From positions 79,484,001 through 79,548,000 of the forward strand of contig OX597820.1 of the NCBI GenBank assembly GCA_951406725.2: 64,000 nt of DNA, written 5' to 3'. Both the position numbers and the translations under genes were made by a program. Positions 38,444 to 51,140 of this stretch are shown here, piece by piece. Below the pieces are notes generated by a model, which ran no database searches, was not told where the DNA came from, and saw nothing but the letters and a program-made list of their open reading frames with translations. Within the stretch, counting starts at the first letter, position 1, and each line of letters opens with the position of its first letter. The DNA is from Octopus vulgaris. Taxonomy: Eukaryota.

Positions 38444-39108
38444 CCTTTGACAAGCAAAGCTAATCTTTTTTGACTTTCTTTCTTTGGCATCCATCCTGTT
38501 GGAATACTTTATTATTGTCTGGACTTAATCTGTGTGGATCTTTTCCTCCTGATTGATTTATGCATGGCTGTCATCCAAGACACTTTCCAGATAATCAGCT
38601 CCATGTTTTGAGCTTATAATTTTCCCAAAAATGTGCTCAACTTACGTAATCTACATAAAGCAACTTACTCTTTCTACACATTCTAATTATGTCGGTAATT
38701 TACAATCTCAAGTTAAACTAAGTCTCAAGTGTTTATAACCAAGTCATTTTTCTTTATATCAGTGATTTATATTTCATTGAAACACACAAGCACTAAGCAT
38801 TATTATTTTGTGATTCATCTGGGATCATAAAGTTTTCCTAAGATGAAATTGTTGATGTATTTTATATTTTTAACATGTTTGAGCAGACTATTTTATTAAC
38901 AAACCAAATCCATGCAAATGGGTTTGTTTAGGGTTAGGTCTATTGTGTGATTGAGAAACTTGCTTTGCAAGTACATAGTTTCAGGTTCAGTCCCACTGTT
39001 CAGTACTTTGGCCAAGTGTCTTCTACTATAGCCCTGGGTCGACCAATTCCTTGTGAGGGAATTTAGTAGAAAGAAACTGTGTATCGTGTGTATGTGGGTG
39101 TGTATATA

Positions 39109-39334
39109 TTTACTCTTTTACTTGTTTTAGTCACTTGACTGCAGCCATGCTGGAGCACAGCCTTTAGTCAAGCAAATCGATCCCAGGACTTATTCTTTGT
39201 AAGCCTAGTACTTATTCTATCGGTCTCTTTTGCTGAACCGCTAAGTAACAGAGACACAAACACACTGCCATTGGTTGTCAAGCGATGTGGGACGGGGAGC
39301 AAACACAGACACACAAACATATATACACACATAC

Positions 39335-39369
<35 letters not shown>

Positions 39370-39550
39370 CATACATACACATATATACGACAGGCTTCTT
39401 TCAGTTTCAGTCTACCAAATCCACTCACAAGGCTTTGGTTGGCCCAAGGCTATAGTAGAAGACACTTGCCCAAGGTGCCACGCAGTGGGACTGAACTCAG
39501 AACCATGTGGTTGGTAAGCAAGCTACTTACCACACAGCCACTCCTGTGCT
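39109..39550 (-). mobile_element. Family A SINE, best-preserved full-length copy
   Basis: Complete head, CORE, microsatellite and tail on the minus strand. Confidence 0.88.
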
Positions 39551-41628
39551 TATATAATATATATATGTGTGTGTGTGTGTGTGCTTCCTCTACTGCTTAA
39601 CAAGCAGTATTGGTTTGTTTACATCCTTGTAATTTTTGTGCTTTAGCCAAAGAGATTAGTGCCAGACTTAAAAATAAACACTAGCATCAACTTGCTTCTT
39701 TTAAACCTTTTGAAGGCAAGTGCTCCAGCATGGACACAGTCCAATGACTGAAACAAGTAAAAGACAAGAATTACTTTGATTTTGTTTCTTTGTAATCATT
39801 TTGATGAGAGAGTAACATCAAGCATTTTTCTAGTGGCATCATGAGGTCCAATGACTTCTTTCAACAAGTTTTATTTGCTTGATATGGAATCTTTGTAGGA
39901 TTATTACAAGAGCTGTGTTTCTGTTTCATTCCTTCAGGTATTATTTCAAAAACACCATCTTATTGACTAGATACTGACAAGTTTGCCACACTTGCCTGGG
40001 CCCTCAGTGTAAAGGGTGGGAGCCAATACTTGCTGGCATTTTGTTCAGTGTTCTGACAATTCTGCTAACTTGCCATCATACCAAACATTCTGCATTAAAA
40101 AGGATATCCCAAGGAGAGAAAAAACAAATAAACAACTTGTATTAACACTCTGTAACATTTCAGACTTTCTTTCTTTCCGTTTTACATTCTCTTTATTCTG
40201 CTAGGTGTGTCTCTGTGTGTGTGTGTGTGTGTGTGTGTGTACCCTTGTCTAGACATCACATGATGGTTGTAAATGAGCTTCGACAGAGGTTGTTCGTTTC
40301 CAATCTTCTATGAAAAACATGTCTGGCCACGGGAAAATATTACTTTGCTTGAAAGCAGGATGATGTTGGTGACAGGAGAAGCATCTGGCTATAGAAAAAT
40401 CTTCAATAAATTCTGTCTGACCCATGCAAACTGGTAAAATGGATGTTCAATGATAAATGATGATTATAGATGTAGGTGGTAGGAAAATTCAGCCTTATTC
40501 CAGCATTTATGTTCCTTTCATTGTACTCCTTATGTCTTTCAATTAAATTCTAAAATAATAAAAGCAAAAAACAAAAAAAAAACCTTCATTGGTTTTCGTA
40601 AAACAGCCACAAAGCTTTTTGTGTGTCAATTTATAAAGATAGAGTTTAGAACACAACATAGCAAGAGATTCTTAGATAAGTTTATAGTGGAAGCTTTGTC
40701 TCAAAACTCCCTGGTGACTTAGTGGTTAGGATAGTCAGTGGTTGTACGGTTGATTCTTAGCAGCCGGCTGTGTCCTTGAGCAAGACACTTTATTTCCCAT
40801 TGCTCCAGTCCACTCAGCTGGCAAAAATGAGTTGTACCTGTATTTCAAAGAGCCAGCCTCGTCCCATTCTGTGTCATGCTGAATCTCCCCGAGAACTACG
40901 TTAAGAGCACACGTATCTGTGGAGTGCTCAGCTACTTGCACGTTAATTTCACAAGTAGGTTGTTTTGTTGATTGGATTAAGTGGAACCCTCATCATTATA
41001 AGCTGATGGAGTGCCAGTTTTTTTGTTTTTTGTTTTTTTGGAAAAGTGCACATTATTAGGCTTTTGGTTGAACTTCTGTGTATATAAAATAGATGCACCA
41101 TAAAGGCAACGGATGTACTATAATGGTAAAGCAGGTTGGGAAACTGGAATTTATCAAACTGTATGAAGTATAGAATGAAGTAAATTCGCAGTCATACTTA
41201 AATACACACATGTATACAATAACGATAAAGATATCCATTAATTCAATTAAATATTTTGTCACTCAAATTTCAAATAAAATTGCAGTGAAATGAAATATTT
41301 TGTAAAATTAAATATAGACGTAAATTGATATTTCTTTTAAGTGCATCCCACTTTGCACAATGCAACCTTGCAGAAGAATGTTTACTGTAAAGTCACATTT
41401 TAGTTGCCATTCCTCTGAGAGCTTTCTTTCTTTGATGCTGTAATTCTCTGTACATTCTCTTTTGAACATCAATTTCTTGTTTGATGGAAATTGGCTCAAT
41501 TCATTTCTCTTTGGTAGGCTTTTACCTTTCGCCTAACATTTTGTATGTGTGTGTGTGTGTGTGGTGGGGGTTGAATAAGAAAGTTCACGTTATAATATGG
41601 ACTGTGTACAATAAGTGGTTATGTTGTG

Positions 41629-42046
41629 CAGTAGTTCTCAACCAGGGCCCACGTAAGGTTTTGTTGTTAAAATTTAGTCCATTCTGCTGGTTGGTTAGTT
41701 GGTTGGTGTTAAGAAGGGCATCCAGCTATAAAAACCTTGCCAAAACAGACACAGAAGCCTGGTGCTGTCTTCTGCCTGGCCAACTCCTGTCAAACCATCC
41801 AACCATGCCAGCATGGAAGGCAGGCATTAAACAGTAATGATGACGATGATGATGAATAAATTGGTGATACTTAGATAAAACAAAAGAATATAAAAATTTT
41901 TTTTTTGGTATAATTCTTAATAGTATTTAATTAAAAAAATATAATAGGTTTTCATTTAAACATTGAATGGCTATGGGGGCGGGGTCCAGTAGAGCAAAAT
42001 AGCAATCAAAAGGGGTCCATGAACAAAATGTGGTTGAGAACCATTG
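41629..42046 (+). mobile_element. hAT (Charlie-type) MITE with a nested RTE 3' fragment
   Basis: TIRs CAGTAGTTCTCAA / TTGAGAACCATTG; 8-bp flanks ATGTTGTG / ATCTAGTG. Confidence 0.7.
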
Positions 42047-43643
42047 ATCTAGTGAAATTACAGTTTGACAAACATAGTAATGATATTTACATGAATATTC
42101 TCTTTTAAATATGAATCAATAAGTGTGAGTGGCATTAGGAAAGTTGATGATCCCATTTCTTTTTCCCTGTAAATCTAAGACCTCCATCTGATTTTGTAGC
42201 GATCCAGCTAGTTAGTTATGGAATCCTGTTTGGTCACTGAGGTTCCAGCAAAAATTTTGTCTCCATTTAGTAATTCAAGGCAAGATTTGAACTTGGCATT
42301 ACAAAATCATGAAACCCCTCATTAATGTTGGTTTCTAATTTTGGCTGAAGTCTACCAATTTCATGGGAGTGAGTAAGTTGATTACATTGACCCCAGAGTT
42401 TAACTGGTGCTTCTTTTATTGACCCAAAAGGATGAAAGGAAAAATTGACTTTGGCAGAATTTGAACTCAGAACATAGAGATGGATGAAATGCTGCTAAGC
42501 ATTTTGGCCAGCGCACTAATGATTCTGCCAGCTCACCACCTTGAAACATCATCATCATCATCGTTTAACATCTGCTTCCCATGCTTGCATGGGTTGGACG
42601 ATTTGACTGAGAATTAGTGAGCCAGAAGGCTGCACTAGGGTCCAATCTGATCTGGCAAAGTTTCTACAGCCAGATGCCCTTCCTAATGCCAACCACTAAG
42701 AGAGTTTAGTGGGTGCTTTTATGCGCCACCAGCACGAGGGCCTGTCAGGCAGTTCTGGCAACGACCACACTCAAAAGGTGTTTTTACGTGTTACCTGCAC
42801 GAGAGCCAGTCTGGCAGCACTGGCAACAACCACGTTTGAATGTTGTTTTTCATGCCGGTAGAGCGGCTCTGGCAACAATCATGCTCAAATGGTGCTTTTC
42901 ACGTGCCATTGGCATGGAAGCCAATCCATGGCCCTTGTTAATATTAATAACAGTGAAGCATGCCATTCTGTAGCACCTATTTAGAGGGAGATGAACTCTA
43001 TTATTAAAGATGCAGAGTCAAGATATAAAGTGTTGATCCCTTGATTTGTAATGCAACTCCTTGTCATCATTTGTATTCTGTTGGTAAATAAAGAATCCAT
43101 GTTTATTTTATCTTTTACTTGTTTGTCATTGGTGGCCATGCTGGAGCACTGTCTTGAAGAGTTTTGGTCAAACAAATTGACCCCAGTACCAATAGTTTTA
43201 TTTATTTATATATATTTTTAAAGTTTAGTACTTATTCTATCAGTCTCTTTTACTGCATTGTTATGCTATGAAGACATAAACATACCAACACTGGTTGTTA
43301 AGCAGTGATGGGGAGTGACAAACACAAACACATGCGTGTGTGCATGACCTATATCTACAGTTTCCCTACCAGATCTACTCACAAGGTATTGGTTGACCCA
43401 GGGCTATAGTAGAAGAGACTTGCCCAATGTGCCATGCAGTGGGCCTGAACCAGAAACCATGGGGTTACTAAATGAGCTTCTTAATCAAAGAGCCTTGCCT
43501 GCATTTATTGAGGTTTATTTCTCATTTTATTTAATAGAATGTCAACAACATAAGGTTTTTTTTTTTGTTTTTTGTTTTGTTTTCAAATATTTGTATTTTA
43601 TCATTGTCTATAGTTTATGTTGGTGAATAACATTTCTGGGATG

Positions 43644-43962
43644 GAAATTACTATTTTAAAATCTCACAACGTGAGATACTCTAACAATACTTTGTAGTAA
43701 ATATTGTTTGCCAACATAACATGGCAGTTCTGGTTTAGGACTAATGTTGCTGTAATTTAGCCCCAGGAGACCTCGTTTCCAGCTGGCTATACGACAGATA
43801 TTGTTTTGAGCTGAGTGGGGGTGCTAGATTCCCTTGTTTGACAATATAAGGACACAGATCGTATCATATAGCCAGCTGGAGACGATGTCTCCTGGGGCTA
43901 AATTACAGCAACATTCGTCCTAAACCAGGACTGCCATGTTATGTTGGCAAACAATCTTTACT
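43644..43962. mobile_element. Fold-back insertion with ~100-bp inverted arms, one-sided ~49-bp extension and 14-bp direct flanks
   Basis: Arms about 43693-43795 and 43862-43965; ACATTTCTGGGATG at 43630-43643 and 43963-43976. Confidence 0.8.
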
Positions 43963-44311
43963 ACATTTCTGGGATGTTTTATTAATTTGAAGATAATTTT
44001 TGAAACTTGAGAGTTACTTACATTTCTTTTATATTGGTTCATGATACCTAAATGGAATAAGAATTAAGTAGCCTATTCTTGAGCATTGAAAATACTGACA
44101 AGAAAATACAGTTGTAGGCAAATCACATCATGACACAATGTGTTGCATTTAGGATTTCTTAAAGAATACCAGAATTAGTTGATAAAAATCAAATAGCAAA
44201 ATAAAGATTTTTAATTCATCAGTTTTGGGGTGGGGTTTCATCCAGATTTCAGTAAATTTTCTTTGTTATTTCGCTTTTAATCTTCATAAATCTATTTTCT
44301 TTTTGCTTCAG

Positions 44312-44380
44312 GTAAAAGCAAGGAAGCAGAAATTAAGCGCATCAACAAAGAATTGGCAAATATTCGTTCCAAATTCAAAG
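44312..44380 (+). CDS. AP2A2: AP-2 alpha coding exon 2 (69 nt)
   Basis: ttttctttttgcttcag acceptor; reads (C)KSKEAEIKRINKELANIRSKFK(G); GTAAAC donor at 44381. Joins exon 1 in frame (T|GT = Cys). Confidence 0.97.
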
Positions 44381-45176
44381 GTAAACTTTTGATTGCTTTA
44401 CTTCTCTTTACATTGAATAAATCCTATCATCTGATGGAGGGGGGTTTATTTAGTTATTTAGTCTCCCCACTTTTTTTGTTTTGTAAAGGAAAATAGCATG
44501 AAGATCCTGTTTATATATTGGTTTCTTTTGACTAAGTACAAAGTGAATTGGTGGGTGTTATTAATGGAACCAGTTTAATATTTATTTTAATGACTCTAAA
44601 ACAAGTATGAATTCCTTTTGATCCCCCCCACACCACGCGCCTAAAAAAAATTTGCTCAGGTAAAATGAAGTTACTCCCAGATTTCAAAGTGAACAAAAGC
44701 ATGTCGGTTGCACTTAAAAATTCTTTTATAAAGTCTGCAAAAATTCTATATATTGAAACAAAAATTTGTTGGATCACTTCATATTGAAAAGCCAAACAAA
44801 TGTCAAATATGCTGGCTTAAGAAAAGCATACAAACAAAAATAAATAAAAAGATTTGAAGAATCAAAGAATTTCATTGAAACATCTTCAGGCTTGTGAAAA
44901 ATCATGCAGAATCAAAACTTTTTAATGTTAAGACAACTCAGATTCTATCTTTGGAATCCAACTGATTACTTTATATTAAAAAACAAACAAAAACAATTAC
45001 TATAAGGAAATTAAAAGGAAAAATAGTTTTCAAGGATTAATATGGATAAATTTTTACCCTCACTGCACTGATTAAATTTTTGCTGGTGATATATTAATTA
45101 TACACAAACCAGTTCTTGCAACCTCTTTCTGTCAGCTGGTAAAAATAAAACATACATACAACTTCGTCATATAAAG

Positions 45177-45905
45177 CAGTGGTTCTCAGCTGAGCTCCAC
45201 ATAAGATTTTGTTAAAATTTATCTACAATAAATTTCTACTAGGCACAAAATATTTTAACATTTTTTTAATACAATTCCTAATAATATTTAATTATAAACA
45301 AATAATGACTTTTTAAACCTTGAATAACTAGGAAGGTCCATCTGATTAGAATAAGAATGAAAGGGGCCATCTGAGTAGAATGGAATGAAAGGGATCCATC
45401 TGAGTAAAATAGGAATGAAAGAGGTCCATCTGAGTAGAATTAGAATGAAAGGGGGCCATCTGAGTAGAATAGGAATGAAAGAGATCCATCTGAGTAGAAT
45501 AGGAATGAAAGGGGGCCATCTGAGTAGAATAGGAATGAAAGGGATCCATCTAAATAGAATGGGGATGAAAGGGGCTCATCTGAGTAGAATGGGAATGAAA
45601 GGGGCTTATCTGAGTAGAATGGGAATGAAAGGGGCTCATCTGAGTAGAATGGGAATGAAAGGGGCTCATCTGAGTAGACTGGGAATGAAAGGGGCCCATC
45701 TGAGTAAAATGGGAATGAAAGGGGTCCATCTGAGTAGAATGGGAATGAAAGGGATCCATTTGAGTAGAATAGGAAAGAAAGGGATCCATTTGAGTAGAAT
45801 AGGAATGAAAGGGATCCATTTGAGTAGAATAGGAATGAAAGGGATCCATTTGAGTAGAATAGGAATGAAAGGGATCCATAGGTAAAAAATGGTTGAGAAA
45901 CCTCG
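45177..45905 (+). mobile_element. hAT (Charlie-type) MITE containing an expanded minisatellite
   Basis: CAGTGGTTCTCA ... TTGAGAAACCTCG; 8-bp TSD ATATAAAG / ATATAAAA. Confidence 0.75.
45332..45879. repeat. 30-bp minisatellite, about 18 units (GGGRKCCATCTGAGTAGAATRGGAATGAAA)
   Basis: Directly visible 30-bp periodicity; it produces the spurious repetitive ORFs at 45346-45946. Confidence 0.97.
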
Positions 45906-46619
45906 ATATAAAATGTGGAAAATTTCAGAAAGTATCCCACTTTCAAAACTGAGTTAACTCAGTCCCTGTGTTTCAAGAACACATGCATGGAACCGAGTTC
46001 CCATTCATTAAGGGTTAATGTTCACCAGATCAGTTTTCAAGTCTATCACAATTAGTTTGAAGAAATAACAAAGGTCAAACATGGGACACATCAAAATACC
46101 CAAAACACTAAAATGAATGAAAGCAAGAAATATTAAAGAACTGAATTTAAGGTTATTGCAGAAATTATAATGTTTCATTTTTTATATAAAAAAAATATAA
46201 AATCAAAATGACTTTTTGCTGTCATTGCAACATGGATGTTGTGTCTTTAGAGTCAAACTGGTTTCTGTATTTTGTTCTTGAGAAAATTCTATCCCACCAA
46301 AGAAATTTGTCATCATTTTGTTATTGTTTTAATGTTTCATGTTTGCATCGGTCAGATGGAGTTTCTAAAGCTGGATGCCCTTCCTGTTACCAACCCTTAC
46401 TGGTTTCTAAGCAAGGTAACATTTTCCCCAAGGCCAGCATATTGGAAATGAATGACATTCATTTACAACTATGGCACAATGTCAAGATAAGAGACACAAA
46501 CTTACACTTGGCACACACACACTCACATGATGGGTTTTTGTTTTTGTTGTTGAAATTCCTTGTTTAATGCATTGACATGATCAAAGATAGCAGCCCAATG
46601 GAATTATAGAACTTGTCTG

Positions 46620-47400
46620 CATGTTTTTGATCCTGCGGAAAGGTTTTTAAGTGCCTCTTCTCGGATACATCACAAAACAGTCACATGTTTAGGGCACACT
46701 GCTTAACAACATTAACAATCTTGATAATATCATTGATGACAGCCACCAGTTTAGGTTCCTGTTCACACCCAATGTTGGGGTTTTGCTTTTTGACCAAAGC
46801 AACAAAACCACTAATAGTGTAATATAATTGGAATTCCATCAACTGATACACCAATGCTGTCTCTCCATCTCAGACCACCACCTTGTGCATTGTGATATGT
46901 GTCACCCTTATGGAAGGTTCCATTTCTAAGAGAGATCTGGAGTAGAGATAGCAGAAAAACACATCTTTTTCAAATGTTTTAAATCCATGTAAATTTGGTA
47001 ATCGCATCAGTTGTGAAATACTCCTGACGTTTGTAGTGCCATCGGGTTGTCTGGTAAAATCTTCTCTTTGATTAAAGAAATCACTTCTTGTTCTCTCAGA
47101 TTTTGGCTAAAATAGATCACTGTTTGTGCAGAGACAAAAACACTGAAGCCAGTTATATGGTTTCTTTCTGCTTACACATTTTTTTCAATCATTTTCATAA
47201 CTGCAAATCTGACAAATTGTTTCATTTCAATAGTACACAGATTTTTTTCCTCTTTCAAGGCGATCACTCAGGTTAACTTCAAAGCTAATGTTGGTCAAAT
47301 TAAATTGTCTTGTTCCTTTCTAATTTTTTGTCTTTTAATAACTGTTTCTAAATTCTCGAAATATTTCTAGTTTGGAAGAGAGATACAAAAATGTAAATTG
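46620..47400 (-). pseudogene. Fossil hAT (Charlie/Buster, ZBED5/SCAND3-like) transposase
   Basis: Frameshifted minus-strand pieces in the correct order: YFENLETVIKRQK; QPDGTTNVRSISQLM (cf. QLDESTDV...QLL); IGVSVDGIP (cf. GICTDGAP); SGFVALVK; LVAVINDIIKIVNVVKQCALN (cf. VLDxVVKIVNFIKxRALN). Confidence 0.7.
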
Positions 47401-50400
47401 TCAAAGAATTTCTTCAACTGATTCTTTTTTGAAATACTCAGAATTCAGTTCTTTTGAAACAGATGACACATGGCTTCACATTTCTTTTGTTCTCTGATTC
47501 TGTAAAGCCATAATTGAAGAACTTCATCAGGAATTTCCTTTTCCTCTTCTCAAAATTAAAATCAATAAATAGAATTCTAAAAACATAAATGGATAATCTT
47601 TTTTAGTTCAGAAATATTAAAAGTTCTTATATAATACATGTGTGTGTTTATGTAAAAATATGAGAAATATATATTCATTCATAGTCATAATTGATGTATC
47701 TAAAAATTAAAAATCAAAATAGGTACAGAGAAATCTAAAGCAGACTAGGAAAATTATTGCAAAGTATTTATAGATTGAAATTATGAAAAGAAAAAAATTT
47801 GACTTATTTCGAAACTAGATTTTAATTACTGTCAGAGCTGACATAGACTTTCCCACAAAAACATGTTGAAGCAAATGAATTAAGGTGTTTGTTACACTGA
47901 ACAAGTCAGATGTTTTCAAACTTGGTACAAAAATTGAAAATGAATTTCTGATTTTAGGTTTCTATTCTCACTAATATTTATTTGTTCCTAGATTATAAAA
48001 GATGTATTTTATATTAGAAAGCATGCACATACGTATATATAAACACACACACACATGCATTATACTGTAAAATGGTTGACATCAGGAAGGTATCCAGCCA
48101 TAGAAACCATGCCAAAACAGGTACTGGAATACAATGCAGTCCTTGGGCCCATCAGATCCTGTCAAACTGTCCAACTCATGCCAGCACGGCATCTGGACAT
48201 TAAATGAGGATGATGTTAATATATCACTTTTATGTTGAGCAGGGAGAATAAGGTGGTTACTTTTTTAAAATACCTGTCAGGGCTCTTAGAATTGATATCT
48301 ACTTTGCATCTGTTGTAGCAGAGAATTACAAAATGCATAACTTTTTTTCTTTCTTTTGTAAGACAAAAAAATTGTTCTTTACTCTTGCGTCCTGAGATTA
48401 ACCAGCAAGCTTTGTATAAAGCAGGATTTTTATGCTGGCTTCTTAATTACAAAATATTTTAAAGAATATATTTAAAATAAAGGCTAATTCCTTATATCTA
48501 ATTCAGCCATCAGCCAAGTGCCTTCCCGGTGCATCAGCCAGGCTCTTGTTTTTTTCAAACCACTCTTTGATGGTATCAGTCCACTAATGTCTCTGATGGC
48601 TTCTTGCTCTCTTCCCCTCTACACTTTCTGTCAGGATGGGCTTAGGCAGTGACTTGTGGCACATTATATATCCAAAATATAATAGCTTTGTGGACTTGAT
48701 TCTAAACACTTTTGGACTTTTGGCTTTTCTTAATGCTAAAAATTATGTTTTTCAGTTTAGATTTAATTATGTCTATAATTTTAAAATATAGCTCTAAGCT
48801 AAATACCAGAATAATTTTTAAATCATCTATCATTAAAAAAAAATGTAATAAAAAAAAAAATCAAACAATTTATTTTTTAACCAAAGAGAAAAATAAAATT
48901 TTAATATGATAAATAAAAATAAGACAATATTTATGTAAAAAATAAATTAGTGATTTGAAATAAGTAAACAAATAATTAGAATATTTTGAGCTTTGTAATT
49001 TTGCTTAAAGAGAATTTAAGTATAATAGTTGTGTGATTTCTTGCAGCTCTGTGTTCTGAGTTCAAATTCTGCTGAGATTGATTTTGCTTTTCATTATTTC
49101 ATGATCAATAAAATAAACACTAGTTGAGCACTGGGGTTGATGTAATCAATTTGCCCCATCCCTCAAAATTGAGTTTTTTTTGCCAAAATTTGAAAAAGAA
49201 TTCTTTGCTCACTCTTGTGAATTGCCTTGTAACTCTGTGAATTACTCAATGCATTCTTAAGTGTGTACATACCTTTCTTTGAGAGCTTCTAATATTTATT
49301 CAACTAAATATGTGTATGTGTAGAATCAGCTTCCTGCTTCAAAAACTTAAGGACAGTAATGTGTAAAATGTAAAGAAAACCATCTCTTTTCAAATCTTAC
49401 AAAGGCAAAGTGTGCTACATTGTTTGTATTTATCATTTTATATGTGAAGTATGAATGTTGTAGCTTCAGTAGTTTTGACAAGAAAAATATAGAGTTACTC
49501 TAAAATTTTTACACCTCACTAGACATAAAATTTGAATAACATAGTTTTGCTCCCATATCAATGAATTAAAAAATCAAAAAAAAAAAACATTATCAGACAA
49601 AATGATAAAAACTAGAAATATTTGAAAAATGTAGTCTAAAATCTCATTTATGCAACAAAATAAGAAAAATATACAAAAACTGTCAGCAGAAAGTGTCGAG
49701 CAATAAAAGCATCTCTTTATTTTGTTTCTTGGGAAAGTCATTATGCCAATAATAAACGCACGCATGCTCTGGTTCTGTTTCACTTCTTTTATTATTATTA
49801 GTCAATTCATTAACTTTGAACCAACTAACTAATCAATTACATAATTAATCATTTAGTCAGTCAGTCAGTTATGATTGTCAAAGTCCTTTCATTGCTATTC
49901 ATGCCTTTTCTACTCCATCCAGATCTGCTTCAGGTCTAAGATGTCTTTCGTCACATGCATTACCCTTGAAATCTTAAATTTTAGCCTATTTGGGTTACCA
50001 CACCCTTCTTTTCCAATCCCTGCTCTAAACCTTCAGAGATGGAATTGAACACTGCAAAATATTTTGTCGTATGCTTTATTGATTACTATGGGGCTAATTC
50101 CATCCACATTTTACCTTTTGACACATGAATAAGGATTTCTTTTGGTGAGGTTTTTGTGATGAAAAAGTCTTTTGAATTTTTGCTAAATTATTTATTACCA
50201 CTGTCATATCTGTTGGTTCCTCCTGGCTTCTGTGTTTGTCTGCATATCTACTAGCTCTCCCTCTTTCTTTATCTCTGTCCCCTTCCCCTCTGTCTCTGCC
50301 CTCTCCTCCCTAGCTAATTCTCCATATTGTAAATGTTACATTGATTCAAAAACAAGTTTTAAAAATAACAATAGAACACTTACTGACTAAAAGCAAAGTC

Positions 50401-50419
50401 AATTTAATTATAAAATTAA

Positions 50420-50492
50420 TTTCGACTGAGACTTCAAGTTTCATATGGTGACTTCATAAACTGTCAGATGAAACTTGAAGTCCCACTCAAAA
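50420..50492. other. Isolated ~73-nt imperfect hairpin
   Basis: GACTTCAAGTTTCAT pairs perfectly with ATGAAACTTGAAGTC; flanking pairing extends to about 28 bp. Confidence 0.75.
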
Positions 50493-50997
50493 CAAATTTG
50501 ATGATTTCCTCTACATTCCCAGTCTGCTGCTAATTTTTCTTTCACCAAGATTCTCTCTTTCAATTTCCCATTGTCACACAAACGTTTTAAATCAATTATA
50601 CCATGCAAATCTAATTTCCATTGTCACATGTGTCTTTTTCCGTTTTTTGCCTTTTATTAATCTACTCACAAAAATACCATTGTTGACATGGCAGTCATAA
50701 ATTATACAATGAAAAGTATTTATTTCAATTTTAAATACTGTCCCCTTATTAACTTTTCATGAGTTTGCCTTATTGTATAATTATCCTTTTCTTATTTGCT
50801 CATCCATACTATTTATTTTTTCTTGTCATTGTTATTAAACTGTATCATAAAAATTAAAACTTTATACATGAATGGAGTGTTAGATTATTTTAAGATTTCA
50901 AAGCCAGTTAATAATTGCTAATTTTAATTTTAATATTATCAGTGATTTTGACAGAAGCTCTTATGATATCTTTCTTTCTGCTCTTTATTAATTTTAG

Positions 50998-51140
50998 GTG
51001 ACAAAACCTTGGATGGCTATCAAAAGAAGAAATATGTCTGCAAACTGCTGTTTATCTTCTTACTGGGTCACGACATTGACTTTGGCCACATGGAAGCTGT
51101 CAACTTGCTCAGTTCCAATAAATATACAGAGAAACAGATC
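50998..51140 (+). CDS. AP2A2: AP-2 alpha coding exon 3 (143 nt)
   Basis: attttag acceptor; reads (G)[47 protein letters not shown]; GTAAGT donor at 51141. Overlaps ORF 51009..51200. Confidence 0.98.

Noticed and set aside
2312-44311. Intron length of exactly 42,000 bp
   Set aside because: Arithmetic coincidence; no biological meaning can be supported.
44860-44896. CTGAAGA...GAAA on the minus strand
   Set aside because: Stems I and II do not pair convincingly; likely a chance match to the hammerhead core.
45346-45946. Long repetitive ORFs on both strands (up to 168 aa)
   Set aside because: By-product of a 30-bp (multiple of 3) minisatellite inside a MITE; no splice or codon evidence.
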